Source: Octopus vulgaris (lineage: Eukaryota). Taken from it: a stretch of DNA of 64,000 nt. Location: assembly GCA_951406725.2 (NCBI GenBank), contig OX597818.1, positions 40,920,001 through 40,984,000 of the forward strand, written 5' to 3'. Under the pieces are notes generated by a model. The model was not told where the DNA came from, searched no databases, and saw only the letters and a list, made by a program, of their open reading frames with translations. The translations under genes and the position numbers were made by a program. Within the stretch, counting starts at the first letter, position 1. Each line of letters opens with the position of its first letter. Positions 1-14,038 of the stretch are shown here, piece by piece.

Positions 1-604
1 CTATTGAACTAGAAATATGTCAATGAGCGTCCACTCATCTTCAGACAATATGACTATCATTTTACTTAATGGCATGAAAGCTTTAGAGAACTTTCAGATC
101 TTGAGATTATCTCCCTTTCTCAAATGGACCCAATTTTAATTGCCATTTTGTAACCAGTAAACATCCTGGTAGGCCCAGTGTTTTGTAGAAGAAGCATAAT
201 CATGGTGTTACACAGGAGGGTTGAAGCTGGAACCATATGGTCAGAGGAAAAGTCTTCTTGCACCTATATGTATTTATTGCAGCCACACTTGCGCCTTCAT
301 GTATTTATTACATATATGTGTATATAATATATTGTAAATCATATTTATTCACCCAATTAAATGTTCATTTGCATGAGAGAGAAAGAGAGAGAGCGAGAGA
401 GAGAGAGAGAGAGAGAGAGTGTGTGTGTGTGTGTTTATGTGTGGTGCAGGGGAGAGTGAGAGAGAATATATGTGAGTGTAGGCCTAGATACATTTGATGT
501 CTATATCAGAAGCTAAACAAAAGAGAACTTCCTTAAATATTTTCGTAGTTCTCTATATTTCATTACTGCTTAGCCTAAAATGTAAATAATATTATTATTT
601 AAAA

Positions 605-605
<1 letters not shown>

Positions 606-694
<89 letters not shown>

Positions 695-729
695 GGATGG
701 ATGGATGGATGGATGGATGGAGATGGATG

Positions 730-783
<54 letters not shown>

Positions 784-786
784 TAA
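606..786. repeat. (GATA)n/(GATG)n/(GACA)n compound microsatellite
   Basis: Direct reading. Similar tracts at 4870, 5075, 14532-14830, 16845, 17550 and 21260. Confidence 0.98.
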
Positions 787-1028
787 GCGACCATAACGAA
801 CTAATCCTAGCAACTTTGTGAAATATCTCTAACCGATGCTTTAAGAAGCTTTGGAATTCTTTCTACTATTCTTACGCAGCAGCACAGTAAAATGGAACTG
901 GCTGCCAATTGAACCGAGTTAAAAGAGAATGTGCTTTGAAAATATTTTTCTGAAAATCTTCCGAAATGGGGATTTGACTGAAATGGAATTTCATATGTCG
1001 CATTAATACTTTGCAAGTGTATTGTTTA

Positions 1029-1083
<55 letters not shown>

Positions 1084-1261
1084 TCTTATACATATATACA
1101 CGCATAAAAGCAAAAGTGGAAATAAGTTTATGCATATTTATTCAAAACAGTCTTACGCGTGTTTCATTGATGAATAAATCAGTTGTATCTTACAATCAGA
1201 GTACATTTTATCTTCCAATCATTGTTAGTCTTATAATAAACGATATATTTATAGAAATAAA

Positions 1262-1494
1262 TAAATGCGCACTTTTAAAGCCTAGCCAGGCTCTTCCATG
1301 GCGTATATGTTCCTCAGCTGGATGGGACGCCAGTCCATCGCAGCGTTACTCACTTTTGCCAGCTGAGTGGACTGGAGCAATGTGAAATGAAGTGTTTTGC
1401 TCAAGAACACAACGCGTCGCCAGGTCCAGGAATCGAAACCACAATCTTACGATCATGATGCCGACACCCTAACCACTAAGCCACGCGCCTCCAC
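1262..1494 (-). mobile_element. tRNA-derived SINE family C
   Basis: Inverted homolog of 49716-49979, with central GCGATGGACTGGCGTCCC (V-domain-like). Confidence 0.88.
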
Positions 1495-1756
1495 AAGCGC
1501 TATATTTACCTTACGAAAATTTATTGTCTCAACTAATGGAAATCTATACCCCACCCACATACAAAAATCCCCTACACGAATATATCTCTGATAGTATCCA
1601 AAATAGGCCACCCACCTGACTGTCATGAAGTAGCAAAACAGTAAACGTAAACCTATACATCAAACACGTGCTGCTTCACTGTCTTGTTGTTCCCCATCTC
1701 CTTCAGCAGTACCCTTGGTTTTTGATAGCTGGCTAATCTCATGCTATCTACATAAT

Positions 1757-2203
1757 CCTTTTTACAATAGACACAAGGCCTGAAATTCGTGGCGGGGAGT
1801 TAAGTCGATTACATCGACCCCAGTGCTCAATTGGTAATAAATTTATGAGGGCGGCGAGTTGGCAGAATCGTTAGCATGCCAGGCGAAGTGCTTAGCGGTA
1901 TTTCGTCTGTCTTTACGTTCTGAATTCAAATTCCGCCGAGGTCAACTTAGCCTTTCATCCTTTCGGGGTCGATAAATTAAGTACCAGTTACGCACTGGGG
2001 TCGATGTAATGTCTGTCTTTGTTTGTCCCCTCTATGTTTAGCCCCTTGTGGGTAGTAAAGAAATAGGTAATAAATTTATCAACCCCGAAAGGATGAAGGG
2101 CAAAGTCGACTTCGGCGGAATTTGAACTCAGAACGTAAAGACGGACGAAATGACGCTAAGCATTTTGCCCGGCGTGTTAACGACTCTACCGGCTTGTCGC
2201 CTC
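1757..2203. mobile_element. SINE family B (+, 1847-2065) nested antisense inside a family B copy (-)
   Basis: Perfect 14-bp TSD GGTAATAAATTTAT at 1833-1846 and 2066-2079. Both copies carry the core GCCTTTCATCCTTTCGGGGTCGATAAA. Confidence 0.9.
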
Positions 2204-2439
2204 CATGGCACCTACATAATCTCATCCCTCCATTAGGAGTGCACTAACCAATACGTCGGGTCCTTGTACCCCTGATTGTCAACTCTTGGAATTCACTCCT
2301 TGGTCACGATTCCTAGCAGCTGTCTGCTTGCAAATATCCAAGAAGAGCTTTTACCATGTCAAATTTACCGATTTTTGAGAATCTGCTAAGGTCATGGATT
2401 CAACTCAGCCGCTCTCTCAAGATCAAATCCATGATGTAT

Positions 2440-2848
2440 TCTTTTAAGCTTTTATTTGTTTCAGTCATTTGACTGCGGTCATCCTGGAGCACCACCTTTG
2501 GTCGAGCAAATCGACCCCAGGACTTATTCTTTGTAAGCCTAGTATTTATTCCTTTTGTCGAACCGTAAAGTTACGAGGACGCAAATACACCAGCATCGGT
2601 TGTCAAGCGATGTTGGGGGGTGGGACAAACACAGACACACAAACATATACACACACATACATATATATATGTATATACATATATACGACGGGCTTCTTTC
2701 AGTTTCCGTCTACCAAATCCACTCACAAGGCTTTGGTTTGCCCGAGGCCATTGTAGAAGACACTTTCCGAAGGTGCCACGCAGTGGGACTGAACCCGGAA
2801 CCATGTGGTTGGTAAGCAAGCTATTTACCACACAGCCACTCCTACGCC
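2440..2848 (-). mobile_element. tRNA-derived SINE family A (octopod OK/OR-type), full length
   Basis: Inverted homolog of 9813-10217, with A/B-box head, internal (TA/TG)n and TAAAAGAG-type tail. Confidence 0.88.
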
Positions 2849-3288
2849 TATATGTATTTGTTTTTTTATTTTTTTATATTATTTTCTTTTTTGTTTGTAA
2901 TTCTGGTTTGAAAATTTCCTCTGGTTTGGTACTATATATCTGTTTCTAGTGTGTGCATCAATACCTACACCCCTTTCTGTCTACCACCCCCACCTGCAAC
3001 GCGAAAAATCAATATTTCTAAAGATAGGAAGAAAATGTATGAAGGTCATCAAATTAAAATCAGGTTTCAGTTAGTTGTAGATGTAATTAACATTCAATTA
3101 TTTGTGTATTTAATCACTTCATAATTAACAGAAGACTAATGCATGAAACCACCAAACACATACAGACGTATCATAAACACACACACACATACAGACACAC
3201 ACGCACACGCACGCACACACTCACACATACATGCATACATACACATACATACATGCATACATATATACATACACATATATATATGTAC

Positions 3289-3348
<60 letters not shown>

Positions 3349-3373
3349 ATATATATATGTAGGTATATATATA

Positions 3374-3409
<36 letters not shown>

Positions 3410-4057
3410 TGCACGCACAATTCATATACACGCTCAGACACATAATCACATATACATACATATACGAAGATCCATACAAGAATACATGTACATACATACA
3501 CACAAGCTCCTCTACATGTGTATGTATGCATGTATGTATGCATATATGTATTATGTATGTATGTATGTATGTATGTATGTATGTATGTATGTATGTATGT
3601 ATGTATGTATATTGTACGCATATATAGCCCTAATTGTATCTATTATTCGTCCTATCTATTATTCGTTTCAAATTACACACCTAGCGCCATATTTTTGCTT
3701 CCTTTCTTTTTCACCAACTAACTCATTTATTCGATCCACCACCGTCAACACCACCGTCATCTCAATACGCCTCTGTCTTCTGTTTCTCATTCCCCCCTCT
3801 TTAACTCTACACGTCTACCACACACACTCTCTTCCTCTCCTATTTAATCTCGTCGTTCGCTCTCCCTCTCTCACCCACACGTTCCGGTCTCTGACAACCG
3901 GATGTCCTCGGCTCTATTTTGTCAAGAGTGACTCCTTCTGCGGTTACGAATTGTGAGCTGGCAAAACGTAATAGTGCAGGATGATTGAAAGAGCTAAAAC
4001 TGATACTGCAATTGAACTGGTTATGCTTAGCATATATATATATATATACATATATAT

Positions 4058-4147
<90 letters not shown>

Positions 4148-4298
4148 GTATATGTATGTATATATGTATATATATATATGTGTGTGTGTATGTATGTATG
4201 TGTATATATATATGTGTGCTGGTGTGTGCGCATATATATATATATATATACACACATACATATGTATAAAATACATATATATATATAGACATATGTAT

Positions 4299-4373
<75 letters not shown>

Positions 4374-4869
4374 AGGGGACACACATACACACACATATAA
4401 GTTAAAATGGACGATGGCAGAGACGACGGATAAAAGAATATACATTACGTGTATATGTGCATGTGTGTGTGTGTGTGTGTGTGTGTCTGTGTGTGTGTGT
4501 GTGTGTCTGTGTGTGTGTGTGCGTGTGTGTGCGTGGATACGTCGAACGTATTGAATGTAGAAAAAGAACTTATATATACATATGTGTGAATATTTGCGTG
4601 TGTGTGTGTATGTGTGTGCATGTATATACGTATGTATGCATGTCTGCATGTATGTATGAATGCATGTATGTATGAATATAAGTATGTGTATGTGGAGAGA
4701 GGTAGGGAGAGAGAGAGAGGAAGAGAGAAGGGGGGAAAGAGAAGTGGTTTTCTGTTTGACTTGTCGTTGCTTCCGATAATTATTGGTGTAATTATTGTTG
4801 GCAGCTGATTGGTTCCACCTAAGAAAGAAGACAAAGAGAGATAGATTGTGAGAGCAGCAGACAGAGATT

Positions 4870-4945
<76 letters not shown>

Positions 4946-4946
<1 letters not shown>

Positions 4947-5071
4947 CTTTTTATTGTGGCCACACAGGGCTAACCACAGAATAAAAATGGACGAAATACA
5001 ATGTAGAGTTTTTTCTTTTCGAGGTGGGATGGGTGGGACACAAAGAAAAAGAAACGTTCGATCAATAGGGA
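4946..5071 (-). mobile_element. LINE 3'-end fragment sharing the tail of SINE family B
   Basis: TTTATTGTGGCCACACAGGGCTAACCACAGA resembles the reverse complement of the family-B tail. A related fragment is at 5285-5355. Embedded in (GATA)n. Confidence 0.45.
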
Positions 5072-5073
5072 TC

Positions 5074-5160
<87 letters not shown>

Positions 5161-5359
5161 CAATCTGACAGATAGAGAGAGAGAGACAGCCAGCGAGACA
5201 GGCAGACATACAGACACGCAGGTAGGCAGCAAACAGGCAGACAGACAGACAAACAGACAGCCAGTCAGACAGACTGATAGATATATTTCTTTATTGGCCA
5301 CACAGGACTGAACACAGACGAGACAAAATACAAAGTAGAGCTTTTCTTTTTGGGAGTAA

Positions 5360-5527
5360 CGTTCTGAGTTCAAATTCCGCCGAGGTCGACTTTGCCTTTC
5401 ATCCTTTCGGGGTCGATAAATTAAGTACCAGTTACGCACTGAGGTCGATATAATCGACTTAATACCTATGTATGTCCTTGTTTGTCCCCTCTGTGTTTAG
5501 CCCCTTGTGGGTAGTAAAGAAAGAGGT
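5360..5527 (+). mobile_element. SINE family B, 5'-truncated
   Basis: Core plus tail 1 (GTCCCCTCTGTGTTTAGCCCCTTGTGGGTAGTAAAG). Confidence 0.88.
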
Positions 5528-5536
5528 AATAAAAAG

Positions 5537-5587
<51 letters not shown>

Positions 5588-5756
5588 GTAAAGTAGTTTG
5601 AGAAAATAGGTTAGTTGATTCGTCGATAGGTTGATACCTTTTGAAGGCGGTGAGGGAGGAAGGTGAATAGTTGGTTAGGAAGCTGGTTAGATGGCTGAAG
5701 TGGAGAGTAAGAAACAAGCAGTATGGGTGTATGTGTGTTTGTGTCTGCTTGTGTGC

Positions 5757-5796
<40 letters not shown>

Positions 5797-6219
5797 ATGT
5801 GTGTGTGTATGTGTGTGTTGATGAGTTTCTGTGAAAGTGTGGTAAATACGCAGATATTGAGAGATAGAACAATGTGACAATTGAACTGACGGTTAGCGAG
5901 TGAGGTTGAGAGAAATTTTGTTAAATAGACAGAGATACAGTAAAACACTGTGGAGAGAAAGCGGTGTAACAACTGTGTAGACAATGTTGTAAATAATTAA
6001 TAATTCATCTCCTTCGGTTGCTTAATCTAATCAACGTGAATACACGAAAACTATGAATAATAAATGGTAATACATAATAAATAGTTAATCTACGGTTAAA
6101 CAAAGAAATAGACAGATAGATGGATAGATGGAGGGATGGATATATAGAGAGACAGGCAGATATATATATATATATTTATAGAGAGAGAGAGAGAGAGAGG
6201 GAGAGAAAGAGGGAGAGAT

Positions 6220-6269
<50 letters not shown>

Positions 6270-7169
6270 GAGATAGAGAGAGAGAGAGATAGATAGAGAG
6301 AGCGATTAGTGGTACAATTTAGACGAGATTAATAGTGATTTTCCATGAGCAGTATTAAAGAATAAGTATCCGGACAATGCTTTACAGAGTTCATAAACGA
6401 AAGGAACTGTACCTCAAATGGAAGCTGTGGGAGAGAAAGGATGATGGTGAAATCGTTTTGCTTTAAAATATTTAAAGATATACGGTTTATTCCCGATGTT
6501 ATAGGAAAAAAATGGTGTAAACAACTGAAGTGAATTTAATAACTTGGGCCGAAGTATGTTATATAGCATTTGGAATGAAAATTAATTACACTTATATAAA
6601 TTGGTATTCATTTGGCCTTGTCACCTCTAATCACATATATAATCATTAAAACTTATGACTAGTGGGGCGAGGATTTTGTCCTTTCAGGGTCAATGAAATA
6701 AGTTCCAGTGTTGTACTGGGGCCGATGTAATCATCTTCCCCCTCTCTTCTGAAACTTCTAGCCTTGAGCCAAAATTTGAAACCGTTAATATCAATGACTA
6801 TATGAGGTTTTTTTTATTATTTTTATTTAACTAAAATCAAACTGTAGCTTGTTCTTAACTAAAATACTGGAAAGCAATAATTATTCAAGTATGGATAAGA
6901 AACATAGTTACCTTTTCCTGATTAACTTTCGAAGCTAAAAACGCAAGAATGTTCTGCATCATAATAGGAAAACTGAACTTCAATAATAGTGGAAATAGGG
7001 GTTGTGTACGCAGCGGGGGTCAGTTTTCCCCGTCATTTTACATTCAAAAATGTGCTCATAGAGGTTTATAAGCCACCCTCGATACCAGCCTAAATCACAC
7101 GGATCTCTGCTTCATAGATCTTAGCTTCATGGACCTAGCTACGAAAATCCATTTCTAAGAAACTTAACA

Positions 7170-7231
7170 TCTAGTGGTTAGGATTCCTGGCTTTCACCCA
7201 GGCGGCCCGGGTTCGATTCCCGGCATGGGAA
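7170..7231 (+). pseudogene. 5'-truncated tRNA-Glu(TTC) pseudogene
   Basis: D-arm remnant TCTAGTGGTTAGGAT, anticodon arm CCTGG-CTTTCAC-CCAGG (TTC at 7193-7195), T arm CCGGG-TTCGATT-CCCGG, 3' acceptor strand CATGGGA-A, then a T7 terminator. The roughly 10 nt carrying the 5' acceptor strand are absent. Confidence 0.85.
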
Positions 7232-7244
7232 CGTTAATTTTTTT

Positions 7245-7397
7245 GTCCCCATCACTTAGCGGTTCGGCAAAAGAGACCGATAGAATAAGTACTAGGCTTA
7301 CAAAGAATAAGTCCTGGGGTCGATTTGTTCGACTAAAGGCGGTGCTCCAGCATGGCCGCAGTCAAATGACTGAAACAAATAAAAGAGTAAAAGAGTA
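7245..7397 (+). mobile_element. SINE family A 3' portion
   Basis: Matches about 10059-10217 and directly follows the tRNA-Glu T-run. Confidence 0.88.
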
Positions 7398-7877
7398 TTG
7401 GGGCAAAATGAGAGTAATCAGTAAGGCCGTTATCAGTACAAAACTGGTCTTCGTGTTGAATTATGCCAAAAATATCCACATTTTCGTTCAATCAGGTTTG
7501 GCCATGACCTCATTGATATGAGCCCTCTCTTATGCCGACAATTCGCCTCTCGTCGTTTTGCTTCGCTTTCTATAGCTTGTTATTATTAATTCGCTGATGC
7601 GATAAAAAGAGAAATTACGAAATCTTACACCAATCCATACAATAAAACTACCTTAGACACTAGTGGAAAAATTGTGCACAACTCGAACCATTATTATTCA
7701 CCAGTTAATTTCATACGGCATCTAATTGGCCACAGAGATTCATTGAATATTCAAGTGTACAAAGAGATTACAGATTAGATAGTAGCACGTATTTACTATA
7801 TAAGTTGGCTTGAAATTTTGTGATTGTGTACATAAATCTCTGTTTATATTGTTGTAAATATCTGTATCCATGTATGC

Positions 7878-7938
<61 letters not shown>

Positions 7939-8275
7939 TATATATTGTATATTATATATACACATACATGTGAGTGTGTGTATGTATATGTTCGTTGGAT
8001 TTACTGATAACTGTAACATCTGCTCCATAAGCCCTCAAGTACTAATTAACAACTCAAATTAATGCCAAGCTATTAGACTGGCTGCGACACGTTTCCACAG
8101 CCTTCCTTTCCTCTTCCAATGTTTCGTTCAAGATTTTGTGTTTCAATCAATTTCAGTCATATATTTAGCCATTTCTTTCTTTCTTTCCGTCGTTACCAAA
8201 TTTAGTTTCCAATTAGAAATGTTAAAGAAACATTCCAATCTGTTATACCATATATACATATATTGTGCGTGTGCG

Positions 8276-8307
<32 letters not shown>

Positions 8308-8459
8308 CGTGTGAGTGATTGAGTGTGAATATGTGTGTGCGAGTGTATGTGTGTGTGAGTGTATCTGTGTGAGGGTATGTGTGTGAGTGTGTATATATAT
8401 ATATGAATATATACATACATACAAAGATACATATACATCTACGTCTGTGTGTGTGTGTG

Positions 8460-8534
<75 letters not shown>

Positions 8535-8989
8535 ATATATATATATTTTTTGTTTGTGTAGTTTTGGTCCAGCATGGAAATAATTTCTCTAGTTTAAAAT
8601 AGAAACATTTGTAGAAGGTTGCAATATAGAGAAACACTTACGAAAATATACGGACATATAAGGGAACATGGCTAATTAAGGGGCGTGTATACAAGAAAAT
8701 AACTGATGCACTTACAGAAATACTTGAACCCAATTAAAATCTTGCAATACTTGGGCGAACGTTCTCAATAAGAATTTTGCTACACTTTGATCCTTGGTGT
8801 TTATAAATTTCACTTTCCCAGTGAATATTTCACTGATTCAACATGGCCGACAACACATTTTCGTTAGCTAATCAATGAAAAATAATGTAATAGGTTTTAC
8901 ATTACAATTGAGCTTGAATAATTTGCTTCGTTAGTTAATCGTTCAAACTTTATTGGAGAACCATATTTGAAAGTAGTAGCCGTTAGATT

Positions 8990-9258
8990 GTGGAGGCGCA
9001 ATGACCCAGTGGTTAGGACAGCAGACTCGCGGTCGGAGGATCGCGGTTTCGATTCCCCGACCGGGCGTTGTGTGTGTTTATTGAGCAAAAACACCTAAAA
9101 GCTCCACGTGATCCCTGTTGTACTCTTTCGCCATAACTTTCTCTCACTCTCTCTTCCTGTTTCTTGTGTAACGCTGCGATGGACTGGCGTCCCGTCCATC
9201 TGGGAGGACACATACGCCACAGAAACCCAGGCTAGGCTTGAAAAGGGCGAAAAAAAAA
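8990..9258 (+). mobile_element. SINE family C
   Basis: GTGGAGGCGCAATGACCCAGTGGTTAGG head and A-tail. 15-bp TSD AGTAGCCGTTAGATT (8975) / AGTAGCTGTTAGATT (9259). Confidence 0.92.
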
Positions 9259-9812
9259 AGTAGCTGTTAGATTAAGGGGTAATCATTTGCGACATCAGCG
9301 TTTCATATAATCCTATCTGCACAGTTCACTCCATAGCTTAGATTCAATTTTCTAGCTTTGTCCACTGAGTTGTTAGTAGGCACCAAATGGTATCATAACT
9401 AACCACTTTATGGTCGCTTTATGGTTTAAAACATATGTAATCTTTTTTATTTATGCTAAACATTATTTTCATGTTTCTGCATTCATTTATTCTTAAACGG
9501 TTGTGAAATAAACACCAATATACAATTTAGCTTAAAATGTTTTAAGACAATCTCTATAAGATTAAAAACAGCTTTTTCTTAACATCATGAATACTGAAGT
9601 TAACCAAGCTTTATCAAAAAGGAGATTTGAAACAGTGCAAAGAATTTCATGCTTTTCTTTTTTAATGAAACCCTAAGGTACTTTTAGTGGGTGCCGTTTC
9701 ACAGGAAATTGCCATATGACTTTTGAATATATAAATTTACTCCAGTTTTATGATTTATTTAAACGTCAAGCTGAGTCTTGCGTGTACTATTTTCACCAAT
9801 AAACACAATGTA

Positions 9813-10217
9813 GGCGCAGGAGTGGCTGTGTGGTAAGTAGCTTGCTAACCAACCACATGGTTCCGGGTTCAGTCCCACTGCGTGGCATCTTGGGCAAGTG
9901 TCTTCTGCTATAGCCCCGGGCCGACCAATGCCTTGTGAGTGGATTTGGTAGACGGAAACTGAAAGAAGCCTGTCGTATATATGTATATATATATATGTGT
10001 GTTTGTGCGTTTGCCCTCCCCCCCAACATCGCTTGACAACCGATGCTGGTGTGTTTAGGTCCCCGTCACTTAGCGGTTCGGCAAAAGAGACCGATGAATA
10101 AGTACTGGGCTTACAAAGAATAAGTCCCGGGGTCGATTTGCTCGACTAAATGCGGTGCTCCAGCATGGCCGCAGTCAAATGACTGAAACAAGTAAAAGAG
10201 TAAAGAGTAAAAGAGTA
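9813..10217 (+). mobile_element. tRNA-derived SINE family A, full length
   Basis: GGCGCAGGAGTGGCTGTGTGGTAAG head (A box), GGTTCAGTCC (B box), tail GTAAAAGAGTAAAGAGTAAAAGAG. Multiple copies in the window. Confidence 0.9.
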
Positions 10218-10736
10218 TGAAAATATGAAGATTGTTCTAAGACTGAACAACTATAATGTTAGTTCATTTCTTTTTGCAATATTTTAAAGAAGCTTATATT
10301 CTTTTGATAATTCAGTAAAAGGCAGACAGACGCATACTCTCATATTATTAGATGGCAGATGAAGAAACAGAATGCAGTAAGAGATTAAAATTTCTGAACT
10401 GGAAGATTGAAAAGATATGCAAGGAATGTTGTATATCTAGCATACGACACATCTCTGTGTAGTCACTATGGCATGTTAAATATGAAACAATGTAGAATAC
10501 ACAGATTCCGCTTTACTCCCCTTATAATACATTCGCATTTGCAGCTCCTGACCTAGCAGTAGCAAAAGATGTCATTAACTAAACAAACGAAGATGGAACT
10601 AAACATAAACAACCGCTTTTCTTAGAGAGTCACCGCTTTTGTTTATTTCCAATCTGTGAATAGCGTTGTTAAAACAAAGCATGAAGAGAGAGCTTAATAA
10701 GAACAGTTATATTTACATAATCTAAGCAAAGACAAA

Positions 10737-11140
<404 letters not shown>

Positions 11141-11392
11141 GAGTGAGAGAGCAGCGCAAGCCATCAAAGTGACACTGGGGTAAAATATACGAAACCCAAT
11201 ATACCCATCATGACTACCCGTCTGATAAGGTTACACCAGGCACATGCATCACAACCGTATGTGCGCGACATGGTGATCTCATATCAAGATAAATAACGCA
11301 TGACCTTGCAGATGGAACCCATCCAGAATTTTCTTCTGGTCGAGTAGCCCATCCCGCTCAAAAAGTCCCTAAATAAGGATTGTTTAAGGATG
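11141..11392 (-). mobile_element. 3' UTR fragment of the same LINE family as 52441-54884
   Basis: 11141-11286 is the inverted homolog of 54740-54884 and ends in (AAT)n on the minus strand. Confidence 0.8.
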
Positions 11393-11858
11393 TATCATTA
11401 TTATGCTGGATTAAGGATTCAAAAGTTATCGTTATTACAATATATTCAGTTGAATCTTTGTCACTAATATTGGTGACTCTTGTTTATATGTGCGAAGCCA
11501 GATTAAAAGTACTATCGGCAAGAGCAGCTGTAACTGCTGTGCGATGTGACGTTGCAACTACTGTACCAATAAACCTTCTCTATAAAAGTGCATTGTAGTC
11601 AATTCCAAAATTTCTATCATTGATAGAGACTTTGGAATTGTTTGTACTTATTTTGTTACGATCATACCAGCAATGTTAGTAGTAGTTGTTCAATAACAAC
11701 AACAGCTACAGCGGAAGCATTACTAATGGTAAAACGCCAGTAACAGAAATAACCAAATTGATAATTAGTAGCATTTTCTTTCGCCTCCACAATAATTATC
11801 AATAGTAACAGATACAGATTTAACACTATAGTATTAGCGGCAGCGGTAGCAATACCAA

Positions 11859-11870
11859 TAGTAGTAGTGA

Positions 11871-11924
<54 letters not shown>

Positions 11925-11984
11925 CAGCAGCAGCAGTAGTAGTAGCAGCAGCAGAAGCAGCAGTAGCAGTAGTAGTAATAATAA

Positions 11985-12017
<33 letters not shown>

Positions 12018-12097
12018 AAGTAGTAGTAGTAACACAGTAACAACAGCATCTGTAACAGTAGCATTAGTAGCAGCAGCAGTAGCAGCAGCAGCAGCAA
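11859..12097. repeat. (TAG)n/(CAG)n compound microsatellite
   Basis: Direct reading. Confidence 0.97.
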
Positions 12098-13147
12098 GCA
12101 CGCAAACCCATTATCATGTTCATTAACCAATAAGTTCGTATTATTTATTATTTCAACGTAGTTATTCATTTTGTTCGGCCGCCATCTTTTTTTTCCTATA
12201 TTAATTTTCTCCGTTTTTCCATGTTTTGTAATATCAACTACTTTGCTATGTATTTATTCCATCCTTCTCATTATGTTTCCACACCATTGCTTTATCATCC
12301 TTCCTTTCCTTTCTCTATGCAATTTGTTTCTGTTTTCTTTTGATACTTTCATCTGCTTTTTTTTATTTATTTATTTAGATATTTATTTTGTATTTGTCTT
12401 TATTCTTCTTTCCTCCATAATCATCGTCTTATTGTGCCCACTCGCCAGACTTTTCTCAGAAGATGATAGGAAAAAAAAAAGACAAAATTAGAGACAGAAA
12501 GAATGTTTAATTCATTAGTGTCTTTTCATTTAACCCCATTCATCCCCTTTCACCTCTGTTTCATTCATGCAAAATGTCTCGTCTTCATGCTATTTTGACG
12601 CTGCATCTTATTATACCATTTTTTCCCCTCTTTTAACCGTTTTAATAAGCATATTTTACAAAAAATGTTTGCATCTTCTTCTCCTCCTACTACTCGCAAT
12701 GTCACTCTTTGCAATGCATTTGGATTCAGTGTTCGTTCATTACACAAAAGGAACGTCACACAGAGTATTGAAGCAGAGTAAAAGAGTTACCATGAATATT
12801 TTCGCTACTTTCGGAACTCATATATTTCGTAGTGAAAGAAAAAAGAAATGTTCAGTTGAAATACTCACTGCGTAAACGGAATGCAATACAAAGAATTTTA
12901 TTACGTCCAAAGGTGGACCGAAACACTCGTTGAGGCGATATAACCTGAATGAGTAATTATGTGCTGGACTAACGGTCCTTATGAAAGAGCATAGCCTAGT
13001 GGTTAGGGCGCTAGGTTTCATGAACAAAATGGTCGTGAGTTTTTATTCCTGGATCGAGCAATGTATTTTACCCTTTAGCAATACATTTCATTCCACGTTG
13101 CTTCTGTCTACTCAGGTGCGATGAGTGCCAACCGAGTGCTGAGTGTA

Positions 13148-13205
<58 letters not shown>

Positions 13206-13806
13206 CTCCGCCACTCTCTTTCTTTCTGTTACTTGCCCTCTTTCTCTCCAGCTGTCATATTTTGGACGTTCCATTTTGTCAAGTGCAAAGGTGAGCGGCA
13301 AGATGCTTATGACTGCTTGTGACTACATAGACTCCTAAAACAATTAACGAAAGCACTGTGCATGTTACCCAGCCATACTCATTCACGAATGACCTTTGGC
13401 TCTACTTTTGTACCTCTCCATAGTAATGAATTCAAATTTACTGCAGGGGTTTCATTATTCCATACTACCTTTCTTCATCAGTTCACTCGTTGTGCTTCTT
13501 GTGGCTGCTGCTGCTGTTGCTGTTCTTGTTGTTGTTGTTATTTAACTCCGGATAAACCCTGATTGTGCAAACCTTGATAGAAAGTATTCTAGCAAATACT
13601 ATCCCCTCTTTTCCATATGTCTAAGGAAACCCAATACGTGTTTTCCTGTAAGACAGTGGGGTGTGATTTGAGGGATAATTTAGCTACTAATTCTTGTAGG
13701 TCAAGCGACCTCGTAGGTTCTCTGTCGTTGATGTCTAGAATACGTTATCACACAGGAATGTTACTTGAAATTAAATGGCAGGTAGAGTAGCTAAGATATA
13801 TATATA

Positions 13807-14038
13807 TATTTCTTTACTACCCACAAGGGGCTAAACACAGAGGGGACAAACAAGGACAGACAAACGGATTAAGTCGATTATATCGACCCCCAGTGCGTAA
13901 TTGGTACTTATTTAATCGACCCCGAAGGGATGAAAGGCAAAGTCGACCTCGGCGGAATTTGAACTTAGAACGTAACGGCAGACGAAATACCGCTAAGCAT
14001 TTCGCCGACGTGCTAATGTCTCTGCCAGCTCGCCGCCT
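13807..14038 (-). mobile_element. SINE family B, full length, tail 1
   Basis: Reverse complement of the 18677-18907 type. Confidence 0.9.

Noticed and set aside
1-50. Hammerhead-like CUGAAGA-UGAG..CUCA on the minus strand
   Set aside because: No GAAA follows stem II and the stem III/I geometry is wrong.
7160-7231. Functional tRNA-Glu gene
   Set aside because: The 5' acceptor strand is missing: AAACTTAACA cannot pair with CATGGGA.
8990-9065. tRNA genes at the heads of SINE families A and C
   Set aside because: They have A/B boxes but no complete cloverleaf, and they continue into SINE bodies with TSDs.
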